From Felis catus (Eukaryota), in contig NC_058382.1 in assembly GCF_018350175.1 (NCBI RefSeq), positions 61,444,001 to 61,508,000 on the forward strand: DNA of 64,000 nucleotides. Direction: 5' to 3'. Of this stretch, positions 1 through 13,566 are shown piece by piece; position 1 is the stretch's first letter, and the number at the start of each line of letters is the position of its first letter. Both the position numbers and the translations under genes were made by a program. Under the pieces are notes generated by a model that saw only the letters and a program-made list of their open reading frames with translations, did no database searches and was not told where the DNA came from.

Positions 1-657
1 GAACTGCGGTCCCAGCCCCTGTGCACAACTCTTCCGGAGCCTCCTGGCTCCCGCCCTGACCCTTCCTCTATGTACCTTGTACCCGCTTCGGCCTAGACTC
101 CCAGGGCCCTGCCCCAGCACCTGCCACGCTGCGTACGCCACACTATCAACTTGCCAGGTGCCTCCACACAGAAGGCAGGGGTGGGACTCCACCCCAGTCC
201 TGGAATGGGTCTGGCCCACAGCGGTGAATGAGGAGCAGTAGGGGTACACGCTGGCACAGATCTGTAGAATGATGGGTCCCGAAACCCTTTGAGACAAGTC
301 TCTCTACATAGGGCAGCTCCACCTGCAGGTTCTCACTCCAGAGAAGCAGCTGCTAACCACAGGGGAGCCAGGGACGGGTCCCCCCACACGCCAGGCGCCC
401 CCAAGACAAAACCCGGTAGTGCTCACAACCCTTCCCAACGTGGAAGGACGTCTACAGTCTGTCGTTAACGTCTTCAGAAGCAGTTTTTAAAGTAGCACTA
501 CCTCGTTTTTGTAAACAAAGAAACACAGACACATAAATACAACGTAAGACTCCAGAATGATTATCCGTGGAGCATGTCTGTGTTGGCCAATTGCATTTGG
601 TGAGTATATGACTTCTGTCCAGCACGGGGAGGCACAGCGGATGTGAGGGCAGCTCAC

Positions 658-845
658 TTCAGGCAGAAGAGCGAGGTCTCCGAGGTCCTAAACGTCAGGA
701 GGCTACTGAAGAACTCTGCCACGGACAGGCCCTCGGCGGGGGCAGGGAGGCCCACATGCACCTCTGGGAGCACAGACCTGGACTCGGCCAGGTGGACGAC
801 CAGGGCGGCCAACCCCAGCACGTGGGAGGCACTCAGGCTTGGGCC
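658..845 (-). CDS. FANCA: FANCA exon 26 (188 nt)
   Basis: [32 protein letters not shown]...[10 protein letters not shown]; ag/gtgagc. Confidence 0.96.
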
Positions 846-925
846 CTGAAACGGGAGAGAGTGTTTCTGCAGGAAGGAGGGCAGAGCCCACTTCCCAGGC
901 AGGCGGACAGAGGTGGCGGCTGTAC

Positions 926-1022
926 CTGGTGACGGAGCAGCTGGCAGAGCCTGGTGAGCACGACAGGAAGGAGCCTGCGTCCACACATGGCCGTCACTAA
1001 GCGAGAAGCCCAGGGGCCCTGC
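926..1022 (-). CDS. FANCA: FANCA exon 25 (97 nt)
   Basis: [32 protein letters not shown]; ag/gtacag. Confidence 0.95.
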
Positions 1023-1398
1023 CTGCAGAGACAGCCAGAGACCAGCAGTCTGGCCACTCCTGGCCCTGCACGGCCCTCCCACGGATTCTTCCGGAGGAGC
1101 GAAGGGGGCCCGAGAAAGATGTAGGCTGTTCCCCCAACGGCGAGGTCTCCGGGGGAGATGCTTCATCTCCGCTGAGTCTCCGCACTGCCCCTTCACCCCA
1201 CCTGGGACCCCCAACCAGTACAGAAGCCAGAAGGCAGGATCCAGGACCAAGGGTCAGAGGTCGACAAGGAGTGGGCAGCCCTGCCCCTCATCACAGAAAA
1301 CAGGGAGAAACCCCACTCCCCGAGGGAGGCCTGCTCCGAGCACCCCGGCCGCCCCCAGCAGAGCCCCAAAGCGCCCGGTGAAAACCCCCAGCCTCTAC

Positions 1399-1469
1399 CT
1401 GTCTGGCGAGGCGAAGCTGGAAGCTACGATCAGGTTCTGACAAAAACACGTCAGCAGGAGGTCCGCGAC
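1399..1469 (-). CDS. FANCA: FANCA exon 24 (71 nt)
   Basis: VADLLLTCFCQNLIVASSFASPDR; ag/gtagag. Confidence 0.95.
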
Positions 1470-1923
1470 CTGAGAGAGACAGATGGTCACCGAGAGCTCA
1501 GAGTCCCCGAGAGCAACGTGTGAGTAAGGCAGGCCTGCGTCTGGAGAGGAAACCATCACACCAACTGGCGCCAGAACCCCATTCCCACGTCCTGGGAGAC
1601 AGCAGGCCAGGCGTTGTGAAATTTCACAGCAGAGAACAGGCTCAGCACACCTCGCCCGCACAGGGCCAAGGAGCAAACTGTTTTAGGCTCCGGGGCCACA
1701 GACGGGTTCCACTGTGTGTTCTCCTCTAGAAATTTAAAAGGTCTGTACACAAACAGGCTGGGGCCGGCTGAGCCCAGGCCCGACACTGCCCGGCTCCCGG
1801 GTGTCGTTTCCACGCACACGGTTCGCCTGGCAAAACACGGGGTGGAGAGGAGGCCCACACACCCGGGACTTCTTACACAATCCGGCCCCACTCGGCAGCA
1901 TAGGCCAGGCATCCCACACTCAC

Positions 1924-2060
1924 CTCCTGTTCCTGCTGCTCCAGGCCTGGCGTGAGGACGCTGAGCTGAATCTGCGATCCGCCAGAGCTGCCGTCCTCCT
2001 CAGCGCGGCCCAAGGCGGCGCCGAGCCGCTCAGAAACAACTGCCACCCGAGCAGCCACAA
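1924..2060 (-). CDS. FANCA: FANCA exon 23 (137 nt)
   Basis: VVAARVAVVSERLGAALGRAEEDGSSGGSQIQLSVLTPGLEQQEQE; ag/gtgagt. Confidence 0.95.
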
Positions 2061-3142
2061 CTGCACGTGGAGAAACCAAGTTAGACGAGCAGGCGAACGC
2101 GGGCTGCCTGCAGGGGGCGCCGGCGTTCCCGCGCGCAGCGGCTCACAGCAGCCCCGTCTCCGGCGCTACCAGGGCCACGAGCCCCAGGGCGGCGCTCCTC
2201 CGCCAGCCGCTGGCGGGTGGTGGGAGCACGCTGAGGGTGAGCATGACCGCTGTCCTCACGGCCTGGGGTCATCTGGGCGGTTCTCTTTCACCCTGTATGC
2301 ATGTTCTCCATCTGAAGTCGCAGGCCAACCCTCCCACACGGCACCACGTCTGCTCCACGCCCCAGGGTCGGTCTGCCAAAGGCGAGGAGCCACAGCCTCC
2401 GGGCACCGGAGGTCAGGCGACAGGCCGACTGTGCTGGCCGGAGACGGAAACTACTGTGAGCAACAAGGCTGACGCAGACCTCAGTGTCCCCTCACGCCAA
2501 ATTCTGCAGGAGCGCAGTTCGGCAAGGCCATGCCCCTATGGTCGCGGAGGAGATGCTACAGGGAGCAAGGGAAACTGAGGCGGTGCTGTTAATATTTCCT
2601 CTGTGAGGCTCTCATGGGATATTCTGTCCTGGTTTGAATAAAATGGGTTTATCATCTATAAAAATCTCTTACAGGTACCAGGAAAAACACGGCTTTTTTC
2701 CATTAGATTCTACATTTTCCCTACCAAAAATCTCCAAAGTAGGGGAAGTCAGCATTTTATTTCATGGACTGCCACACACCACATGAGGTGAATCCTTCAC
2801 GAGTCACCATTTTATGGAAAATGGTCACGCAGAAGCAGAGACCCAGTGTTCAGGGTTACAGCTACTCAGTTAAGAAAGAAAACCCCACACCTTGGTGCCG
2901 TTACTTTTCTTCCTCCTCATTACCTGCTCTGCTAGGAGCTCCAAGAGCAGAGTATTCAATCTGCTGAGGGTCTGTGACAGCCTGAACGACAGACCCATCT
3001 CCCATCCCATCCCAGGTGAAAGGAGGCAAGTCCTCAGCATCCGCCAGCGCTGTCGTCACGCTGAGCCCTGGCCACGGCTGGACGTCCACTCGTCCCTCCC
3101 AACACCCACTGCAGACGGCCCTGCGCACAGCCATGTCCTCAC

Positions 3143-3256
3143 CGTCATACTGCGTGGGGTCCGTCATCGCGGCTCTGAGCTCTCTTAGCGCGGCTGCGAG
3201 TGGTCCCAAGGGTCCCTCGGCACGGACAGCTTCCACCTTCATTCCCGGGGCTGCAC
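3143..3256 (-). CDS. FANCA: FANCA exon 22 (114 nt)
   Basis: SAAPGMKVEAVRAEGPLGPLAAALRELRAAMTDPTQYD; ag/gtgagg. Confidence 0.95.
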
Positions 3257-5085
3257 CTGAGAAATGACGGGACACGCACAGCTGGATGCGGCCTCTCCAT
3301 GTCCACGGCAGACAGAGGCGCCAGGACTCCACGAGGCGCTGCACTGCTGGGCACCCGTCACTGGTATCAGAAACTTGTTTATAAATGTAGTAATTTAAGA
3401 AAAAACATGATCTGGGGCACCCGGGTGGCTCAGTCAGTTAAGCGATCGACTTCAGCTTAGGTCAGGAGCTCACAATTCCTGAGTTCGAGCCCCACATCAG
3501 GCTCTCTGCTGTCAGCACAGAGCCTGCTTCAGATCCTGGGTCTCCCTCTCTGTCCGCCCCTCCCCTGCTTTAGCATACACGCTCTATTCTCTTTCTTTCT
3601 CAAAAATAAACCTTACAAAAAAATTTTTTTAATTAAAAATAGTGAAAAAGAAAGAAAAAACATGGTTCTATGCGCAACATTGCCGTAAGTGTGAAAAACA
3701 CATGTGTAAAGAAGGACCAGAAGCATGGCGAGGGCGTCTCGGTGGGTACGGAGAATTGTGGATGGGTCGTAATTTGTTCCATTTCTAAAACTTTTAAGTA
3801 ATGTCCTACTGGCTTTTATAGTAGGATATTAAAAGAAAAGATGTAAAGGAGAAAACTTAAAAATTAATATACAAGATGATTATCAGCTCTCAACATGTCT
3901 ACGAGATTTTTGAAAAAAGATTAGATCTGATCATGTATTTGTAAAACAAAGACACTTCTTCAAAAAAAGTTCTCTAACTTTTCAAATGTAAGCTGTGTGC
4001 CCAACGTCGGGCTGGAACTCACGACCCCGAGATCCAGACCACGTGCTCCCCCGACCGAGCCACCCAGGAGTCCAAACACATAATTGTCGTTATGCAAAGA
4101 AAAGCACGCCACAAACGTTTTAGAAATACGAGTTCGAGTTCTGGTGTCGCCGGAGAAAACACCGGGTGTCCACAGCGAGCCTCACAAGGGAGACACCGAG
4201 ACGAAACTAGAAGTGATGAGTCTTCGTTTATAAGCCCTGCCGGATGAGACACAAAACATCCGCGAGGCCCCTAAGGCAGGGCCAGGGGGCCGGGGACGGA
4301 GGGGCACGCCCCCCACCACACTGGATGCAGCCCCACTGCCTCCTGGGAGCCCCACAATGGTGAGCTGTTGCAGTACTGGTCCGAACGAGCAGGGGACCCG
4401 GGACCGTCGTTCTTTGCCCACTCAAGTCTCCCGGGTCTCCGCGACTGTGAGAAAGCACCCACGCGTGTAACAGGAAGGTTCTGGCAGACAGAACCAGAAA
4501 TCGCCACCTCATTCGGCCCAGGTGGCCCCGCAAATGTCAGAGGATTTAAAGTAGCGAACAAGAACGGCTTCGCGGCACGGCTCCTGCCGAGACACAGGCC
4601 ACCCCACCGCCCGGCAAGTCCGCCCAGTCGCTCGGAGCACCGAGGTCTCCCGACGCACGCCGCTGCCACAGACGGGACCTGGGTCGACATCACTGACTCC
4701 TGTGAGCCGAGCGATCCCCAGCCCGCCACAGGACTCAAACGTCCAAAGAGAGAGCCGCCGCAGACCAGCCACCACGCCACGCGTCAGAACCGACACGACG
4801 GACGTCAAGCCTGGCTTCCTAGTCCGGGACGTCCCCTGAATTTAAAGCCTGCGTCAGAACAGGCGAGCAGCACGCACATCCCGGCCTCATGCAGAACCTC
4901 AGGGAGGGGCTCTGGCAGGTAACTCTCCGGGGCTCCCAGGCTGGGAGCCCAGGACCTGACGACTAGGGCGCGTCCGTCCCGACTTAACCAGACCACACGC
5001 ACTGAGGTGCCTGTCACCCCCACACCTCAGGACCCGGGATGCGGAAAAGTGCCCGACACAGGGATGGAGAGACCCATAACCTTAC

Positions 5086-5162
5086 TTTCTGGCTTCTTCT
5101 CTTCGGCAGTGGAGCAGGCCTGGCAGTAGGCGGAGTACAGAGACGGGGGAATTTTATCTGCT
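5086..5162 (-). CDS. FANCA: FANCA exon 21 (77 nt)
   Basis: [25 protein letters not shown]; ag/gtaagg. Confidence 0.95.
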
Positions 5163-5949
5163 CTGGATCAGGAGAAAACATGAAAACCAAGTCAACCAGG
5201 ACTCAAGTTAGTTCGCAAGCTTACAATTTCAAAAACTATCATAAAACAAAAATACGTGATATAGTCTACTATCCATACCTTATGGTAGGACTCTGTTTTT
5301 AGAAAAAACCCATTATGTGCATGGACTCAAATGGTTCTTAGTGTTTCATAATTTGCCATGTACACATATCTGCCAACCGTGGTTTTCATAGGGTAGTGAG
5401 ATTATAAATGATTTTTACTTCTCTCGTTAAAGTCTGGGTAATTTCCAAATTTTAAAGAGGACTTTTATTACTTTTAATGAAGAATACTGAGAAAAGCACC
5501 CAACTGATGTCATTAGAAATACAGAGAATTATAGAACAAAGTCCTGTGATAAGGGTTTTGCAGGGCATGGACCCCTGGCTGGCACATTCTCATGGCACAG
5601 TGACAAGTCCAAGGACAAGAGCTGTGGAGTCACCTTCAGAAGAGCAGCCCAAGTATGGGACACGGGCAGTGGCCTAGCCTGCGGGACACAAAGTCTCCAA
5701 GTGAGCAGTGAGGCAGGAAGGAGGCCTGCCGACAGTGCCGCAAGGCCTGATGATGAGCCAGGAAAAGGAGGAGGGAGGTGGCCGTATTCCAGAATGGGAG
5801 TGCCATCAAAGGCCAAAGCAAGGCAGAGGACAGGCTGGAGCGGAGGAGCACGCAACTGCCCCAGAGACTGGAAGGCGGGTAGCTTACAGATTAGAAATCA
5901 AGGCAAATAAAAAGAAAGAGCACATCTAAGGAAATGGAAAAATTCACAG

Positions 5950-8023
5950 AAAAGAACACTTCAGACATCGCTCATCCTCAGAGACCTAAGATCAAACACC
6001 GCAGCTATTAGAGGAGAATGGATTTCCATAAACAGAAAAATCCAGTGACAGAAAGAACAGGCAAGTTAACCAGAAGAAATCTCCCAGAAAGGAGAGGACA
6101 AAAAAAAAAAAAACAAAACCCAAAAGACCAGACATGCAAAATGTAACAGAGAACAAGTCAGGAGACAATCCTGGTGGTGTAATGTCCGAAAAGGAAGAGC
6201 CCCAAGAAGAAACCAGGCAGGAAAGGAGACCCGCTCTGAAGTAAGCGGGATCAAGCAGTCCGTGTCTGTGGTTTGCTTCAAAACAGCCCAGAAGAGGGTG
6301 TGTGGGCAGCTCAGTCAGTGGAGTGTCTGACCACTGATTTTGGCTCAGGTCATGATCTCACAGTCATGAGATCGAGCCCCTCGTCAGGAGCTATGCTGGG
6401 CATGGAGCCTGCTTGGGATTCTTGCTCTCTCTCGCTCTCTCTCTCTCTCTCTCAACTCCTACCCCGTTTGCGTGCGCACACACATGCACTCTCTCTCCCT
6501 AAAAATAAAAACAAAATGGCCCAGAATGGTGGGTGGACAGAGGAATTTGAGGGCTACATAAGTACTATCCTACATTTCTATCTTAAATTTTTCTTAACAA
6601 AAGGTTTTGAAATATCCAAGAAAACTTCTTTGTTCTGAAAGACACGAAATTCCAGATTAAAAGGCCCACCATCCGCCTAACCAAGAAATGAAATTAGACC
6701 CACACCAAAATACATTGCAATGAAATTTGAAAACCCAGGAAACGATAAAAAAGATACTGCAGGGGCGCCTGGGTGGCTCAGTCGGTTAAGCGTCCGACTT
6801 CGGCTCAGGTCATGATCTCGCGGTCCGTGAGTTCGAGCCCCGCGTCGGGCTCTGTGCTGACAGCTCAGAGCCTGGAGCCTGTTTCAGATTCTGTGTCTCC
6901 CTCTCTCTCTGACCCACCCTCATTCATGCTCTGTCTCTCTCTGTCTCAAAAATAAATAAACGTTAAAAAAAAAATTAAAAAAAAAAAAAAAAAAAAAAGA
7001 TACTGCAAATCTCCAGAGAGAAAAACACATGTCACGTGCAAAGAATCAGAAACCTAACATCTCAATAGCGACACTGGAAGCTACACATCAATAGATCAAT
7101 ATTTTAAAAATGTGAGGGAAAATATTTCCAAGCAAGATTTCTACATTTCTACACCCAGTCAAATTAACTATCAAATGTGAGGGCTGAAGAAAATGTCAAA
7201 AAAAAAAAAAAAAAAAAAAAGGCTACCTCCCATTCACCCTTCTTAAAAGCTTCAGTAGGATGTGTCCCACCAAAACACAGGAGTAAATCCAGAAACAGGA
7301 TGGTCTAGGGTCCAGAAAAGAGAAGAATCAAAGACACTCCCAGGCGGTCAAAGGAAGGTACGAGGATCGCAGAAAAAGCTAACAATTCAGAGTGGAGCCA
7401 GCTAGGAGGCTCCAGAAGGCCTTTCTCTCTCAGAAGCGACAGAGTGAGCACTTGAAGGTCTGAGTGAGAGGACACTGAGATGGCGGATTTGGATAGCAGT
7501 TGAATGACACACACACAAAAGGTTAAGATAAAACAAAGATAATTAGGAGCCCCAGAGAAATGAAAGGTAGTCACATTCCTAATGGTGAACTCTGAATAGT
7601 GTTTACATAACCCTAAAAAAAAAAAAAATGAGTTTTAAAATTTAAAAGATTTTTTTGTATGAAGGACATCTACTTGTGTGGGTAGAAGCAAAAAACCTAG
7701 GTCTTCATCCTCAAATAGTGGAAAACCAATTGATATGGCCTAAAACAACAAAAAAAGTGGTAAGTTGCTCGCAAAATAAGAATATTATTTAGAAATATGG
7801 AGATAAATAACAAAAATCAGTCAAAACTTGAAAATGGTCGCCTCCAGAGAAAAAGAAATGGCAGGGAGGCGTGGAGGGGAGGGAATGACTATTTCTCTTA
7901 ATAAACTTTATAGAACTGACTCTTCAATCTGCATTCTTACTGAACTTTGACAAAAACAATTTTTAAAGCCAGAAATAAATGTCAAAAAATTAGGAAGCCA
8001 TACCATGCAAACACCAAAAAGGA

Positions 8024-8054
<31 letters not shown>

Positions 8055-10950
8055 GGCATTAACAGCCTAATAAATAAATAAAGCCTAATAAAGACATTAC
8101 ACAATAAAAAATATCCAGCAAGGCAGCTATATTTTGAAGGCTTTATTTTAACAATCATAAAAACTTGTTTGCAAGTAGTAACATAGGCTTCAAAATGCAT
8201 AAAGACAAATCTGACAGAATTACAGGAGAAAATGACAAAACCACAACAACATCCTTAATAAACTGATAAACCAAAGTGACAGAATTCTGGTCAAGATACA
8301 GAAAACTTGGGAACAAGTACAATTTAACAGACAGACCCTATACCTCCAAAGTAAAGAATACAAAGGAAATGTTTACAAATGCTGAACACGTACGAGATCT
8401 AAGGGAAAGTCTCAAAAAAAAATCCATCAGGGCGCCTGGGTGCTACAGTCAGTTAAGCATCCAACTAAGGCTCAGGTCATGATCTCATGGTTCAGGAATT
8501 CCAGCCCCACTACGGGATACGCACTCTCTCTCCCTCTCTCTCAGCCCCTTGCTCATTCACGCTCTCTCAAAATAAGTAAATACATACATACATATTTTAA
8601 AAATCCATAAAAAGCAAATCATCTTTGAAAATAATGTAATTAAATTAGAAATTAACAATAAAAGCTCAGGGGCAAACACCTATATGTTCGGAAAATGTTT
8701 TAATTCGTTTATAACTAACTCATAAATTATAAGAAAACCATAACGCAAGTAATAAAATATCTAGAACTGAATGACAATGTAAGAACTATATGTTGAAACT
8801 TCTGGAAGGCACTGAAGTAACACTTAGAGGTAAACTTTATTAAGCTACGCCTCTATTAAAACACAAGAAAGAGGGGCACGTGAGTGGCTCAGTCAGTTAA
8901 GCGTCCAAATTCGGCTTAGGTCATGATCTCACAGTCCATGAGTTCAAGCCTCACATCAGGCTCTGTGCTGACAGCTCAGAGCCTGGAGTCTGCTTCAGAT
9001 CTGTGTCTCCCTGTCTCTGCTCCTCCCCTGCTTGTGCCCTGTTTCTCTCTCTCTAAATAAATAAGCAAAACCAAACCAAACCAAACCAAAACAAAACAAA
9101 AACATAAGACTGTAAAACACTGAGTTAAACAACCAGCTTAAGAACTTAAGAATGACAGCGTGAAGTCAAAGAAAGTAGGAAATAATAAGGGTGCCCGCAG
9201 GGCTCAGTAGGTAAAGCCTCCAACTCTCGATTTGGGCTCAGGTCACGATCCCACAGCTTGTGGGCCTGAGCCCCCTGTCAAGCTCTGCACTGGCAGTGCG
9301 GAGTCTGCCTGGGATTCTCCCTCCCTCTCTGCCCCTCCCTGGCTCTCATGCACTCTCTCTAAATAAATAAACATGAAAAAAAAAAAAAAAGAAAGAAAGA
9401 AACCGATTCAGTTGTCAATAGTTTGCCTTTGAGACAGACATGAGGAAAAGATATTATAGCCAAGTTTTATCAAACTTTAAGAGACGCAGAATCCCTGTGC
9501 TACATGAATTGTTTCAGAAGACAGGAAAGAGGGAAGGCTACCCAATTCATTCCATGAGAATGGAATATAGCCTTGATGCCAAAGCAGCCAACATGAATTA
9601 AAAAAAAGTATGAGACACAGATGCAAAAATCCTAAATAAAGTCATCATTAAACCACATTCAACAGCCCATGTAATAAAAAATCATTACAAAGTAGGTGAT
9701 CCACAATGCAAGGAAAGTGGAAAAATCACTGTAATCTATCACATAACAGATTTCACAGTAGCAAAAACCACCTTCAGAGATGCAAAAAAACATGAATTGA
9801 TGCTAAAAGTCCTTAGCAAATCTGCAGAGGGAATTTTCTGAATATGTTAAAGGAAATGAAAATATAAAGACTACAGGGGCACCTAGGGGGCTCAGTTGGT
9901 TAATCATCTGACTTTGGCTCAGGTCATGATCTCACGATTCGTGAGTTCGAGCCCCGTGTCGGGCTCTGTGCTGGCAGCTCAGAGCCTGGAACCTGCTTCG
10001 GATTCTGTGTCTCCCTCTCTCTCTGCCCCTCCCCCCACTCACACTCTGTCTCTCTCCCAAAAATAAACAAACATTATTATTTTTTTTAATATATAGACTA
10101 CAGCAAATAGAAATAGTGGTAAGACATCAGAAGCATTCCTATTTCAGTCAGAAACAACACACGATGCCAGCTTATTCTACAATTTCATGTTACACTAAGA
10201 AGCCTACCCAATTTAACAAGACAAAAACTAAAAGGTATAAAAATCAGAAAAGACAAACTTATTCGACATAGAAATCTACTGTGCTCATCTACAGAGAGAA
10301 TCAACTAATCACCTACTATAAATAAGTTCGGTAGGGTTACTTAATACAGGAGTACCTATACTTCAATAATCAATGAAAAAAAAATTTTTTTAAACCCCAG
10401 AAGATAATATGCTATTCACAACAACAAAATCTAGGTACCCAGTAGCAAATCTAACTAAAAATTTACAAGATAGAAAAATCTACTACTGAAAAGCTTAAAT
10501 AGATATGCGATGTTCATAGAAAGAAAGTTACAATAAAGTCAACTACCCAATATTAATCCATAAATTAAGGAAATTCCACTAAAAATTCTGAGTTTAAAAT
10601 TTTTTGAGTTTGAGAGAGAGAGAGAGAGAGAGAATGAGAGAGACAGAGAGACAGAGAATAAACAGCGGAGGGGCAGAGAGAAAGGAAGACACAGAATTCA
10701 AAGCAGGCTCCGTGCTGTCAGCACAGAGTCCAACGTGAGGCTCGATCTCACGAACCATGGGATCATGGCCTGAGCCAAAACCCAGAGTCGTACACTTAAC
10801 CAACTGAGCCTCCCAAGCACCCCTAAAAATTTGGAATTTTCATGGATACACATCCAAGGATGTTCACTGAAGCACTATTAAAAGAGCATTATAATGGAGT
10901 TAACCTAAGAGTTCTGTTCTAGGGGACGGATAAATTAATCAAGGTAGTCA
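5950..10950 (+). mobile_element. Ancient degraded L1 (L1M-type ORF1/ORF2 remnants) in FANCA intron 20, interrupted by SINEs
   Basis: A-rich strand with L1-like phrases such as acagatgcaaaaatcctaaataaa and gaaattaacaataaaag; no intact ORF; boundaries approximate. Confidence 0.7.
6762..6998 (+). mobile_element. Young full-length felid CanSINE
   Basis: Near-consensus with CpGs intact, long A tail, TSD AAAAGATACTGCA. Confidence 0.95.
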
Positions 10951-12225
10951 CGCTGCAGGCCATAGCACCCCCGGGGTTGTGCAACATGGCAGCTGGTTGC
11001 CACAGAACAGAATTCTATGCTATTGGTCAAGTGACCCAGAGCCATCAGGGTGAGTGAAAACACCAACTGCAGAGGGACACGGGGTGATATGTGCATGTAT
11101 ACACACATACTTTTACCTTTAAATATATGTAATAAAATTAAAAATAGAAAAAGATTGGGGCACCTGGGTGGCTTAGTTGGTTAAGCGTCCAACTCTTGAT
11201 TTAGGCTCAGGTCATGATCTCACGGTTCAAAGTCCGAGTCCCGTGTCAGGTTCCGCACTGGTAGTGCAGAGCCTGCTTGGGATCCTCTCTCTCCCTCTCT
11301 GTTACTCCCTGGCTCACTCTGTCTCTCTTAAAAATAAATTTTAAAATGTTTAAAAAAATAAATAAAAAGGGGCGCCTGGGTGGCTCAGTCGGTTAAGTGT
11401 CCGACTTCGGCTCAGGCCATGATCTCATGGTTTATAACTTTGAGCCCTGTGTCAGGCTCTGTGCCGACAGCTCGGCGGAGCCTGGAGCCTCCTTCGGATT
11501 CGGTCTCCCTCTCTCTCTCTGCCCCTCCCCCGCTCATGCTCTGTCTCCTTCAAAAATAAATAAAAACATTAAAAAAATTTTTCTTAAAAAAATAAAAACA
11601 AATAAATAAAAAGATTATATGTGAACCTCAGGATAATGGTTTCCTTAGAGAGGGAAAATGGAAAGCAGGTCAGGGAGCTGGATTGAGAAGGGTTTCAACA
11701 ATACCTATACAATTTTATTTTGAACAAAAACATAAAAAAGGAAAGGCACAGCAAAGCATGAATGTGAGTGAAGTACAGAAGCACTTTTTGCACTGGTCTC
11801 TGTACTTCTGGATTCTTTTACACACAAAATAAATAAAAATAAGGATCCCAGAGAATAGTCCTATTATATATAAGATGACAAAGTTTACTTTTACGTTCTA
11901 GCCTCATTCTCCTCGACCTTCTTATCGCTGTGTTGTAAGAGGGTTACTGGGAAGCAGGATTTACAGGAAGGAGGACAGGGAAGCTGGTCAACTCTCGGCT
12001 GGGGGAGGTCTTAGCGTGAGCCGGGAAGCCAAGGCTGCGTGCCCTGCCCTGCGGTCTCAGGTCCGGCCGAACCTGCTGCAGAGCAAGGCTTCCGAGTCTC
12101 CCTGTTCTCTTCTTTCTTGGCTTAAATTCTTTCACAGCGATTATGGAGCAATCGCCTGACTTTCTTAAATCCCCACACTGATAATCCTCAGTGAAAAATG
12201 ATAGTATCAAAAATATTTTATTTTT

Positions 12226-12450
12226 GGGGCGCCTGGGTGGCGCAGTCGGTTAAGCGTCCGACTTCAACCAGGTCACGATCTCGCGGTCCGGGAGTTCGAG
12301 CCCCGCGTCAGGCTCTGGGCTGATGGCTCAGAGCCTGGAGCCTGTTTCCGATTCTGTCTCCCTCTCTCTCTGCCCCTCCCCCGTTCATGTTCTGTCTCTC
12401 TCTGTCCCAAAATAAATAAAAACGTTGAAAAAAAAAAATTGAAAAAAAAA
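12226..12450 (+). mobile_element. Young felid CanSINE (GGCGCAGTC/CTGGGCTGATGG subfamily)
   Basis: Near-identical to the copies at 16060, 32679 and 43550; lies about 140 bp from FANCA exon 20. Confidence 0.95.
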
Positions 12451-12590
12451 TTTTATTTTTAAAATCTTAACCGATTTTGAGCCAATAGTTTATAAATAAA
12501 ACCCATGAGATAAAACACATTCCTCCACACGAGAGGCACAACCCTTTACATTTGTCAAGAACCCTCCCGGAAGCAGGTGTCCTCACGTAC

Positions 12591-12640
12591 CTCCTCAGGG
12601 ACTCGATCAAGGCCGCTCTGGGATCAGGCGTTTTCGGGAG
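12591..12640 (-). CDS. FANCA: FANCA exon 20 (50 nt)
   Basis: LPKTPDPRAALIESLR; ag/gtacgt. Confidence 0.95.
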
Positions 12641-12719
12641 CTGTGGGGGAAGATGGGAGTCAAGTGAGGGACCCGCTCTCTGCCAGCAGGGCCCCAGGCC
12701 CGCGACCGCACATACTGAC

Positions 12720-12780
12720 CACTCGAGGCGTGAGGAGGGCAGGGAGAAAGTGAGCCGTGTAGTAGGGTCTCCTGAAGATG
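12720..12780 (-). CDS. FANCA: FANCA exon 19 (61 nt)
   Basis: [20 protein letters not shown]; ag/gtcagt. Confidence 0.96.
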
Positions 12781-13477
12781 CTGCAGCACAGGAGAGCGGG
12801 GTAGGAGGGTCACACACTCGGTCAGACGACACAGGCATTAGAGCCCCTTACTGACAACTACGAAATCCATTTCCACGGACAGCCACTACATTTCAGAGGC
12901 TGTCTCACATCCTATCACGTGACTGTGACATCACACCACAGTTTTAAGTCTTCTTTTTCACCGTTTTGGGACATTTCCCACACAGGGAAGCAACAAGCTC
13001 GCGTCCCAGGGAATCTGGAAGGCACTCTGCCCGCCGCACAGCCGTGCGATCTGGGCCGGTCACTTCAGGTCAGCTGTGGGCGCTCCCCTGGGGCTGAGCT
13101 CGGAATCCTGGGAGCGGGGGTCAGGTCACAGCTCTGAGAAGCAAGGCCTCCGAAAAGCTGCCGTACACTGACAGTAACCACAGTTGAAAACGTTTCGGGA
13201 CCACACAAAACCCACAACAACCTTGCTATTCGATTCTGTCCTGGCTGCACTTCGGTCACCCATGAAGCATCAGTGACAAAGTTATGGCCCTAAACCCTCT
13301 AAGTGGGGGCTCTTCTCCACACTACCTGTCAGCTTTTATCAAGAAAACAAGGTTCACAGAAAGGCTCTGCACGACTTTTGCTGGACATCTACCCTTGGAG
13401 ACCCACAAATACGAAAGCCATTCTACTCCGACTGGCTCTGAGAACAGACAGGACGGGTCGGGGAAGCACGACCCTAC

Positions 13478-13566
13478 CTGGCCTCCATGACCGCAGAGGG
13501 GATTCTCCCTGTGTGTTCAAACACTGCGATGGCCTTCTCCACATCCTGGTGCGCTTGGCTGTGGGG
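13478..13566 (-). CDS. FANCA: FANCA exon 18 (89 nt)
   Basis: [29 protein letters not shown]; ag/gtaggg. Confidence 0.96.

Noticed and set aside
1..657. FANCA exon 27
   Set aside because: No FCTAAISYSLCKF-like peptide was found here. It presumably lies beyond the window edge.
6773..6955. Recurrent 'MAQSVKRPTSAQVMISR...' ORFs and tRNA-like A/B boxes throughout the window
   Set aside because: These are translations and internal Pol III boxes of CanSINEs, not protein genes or true tRNAs.
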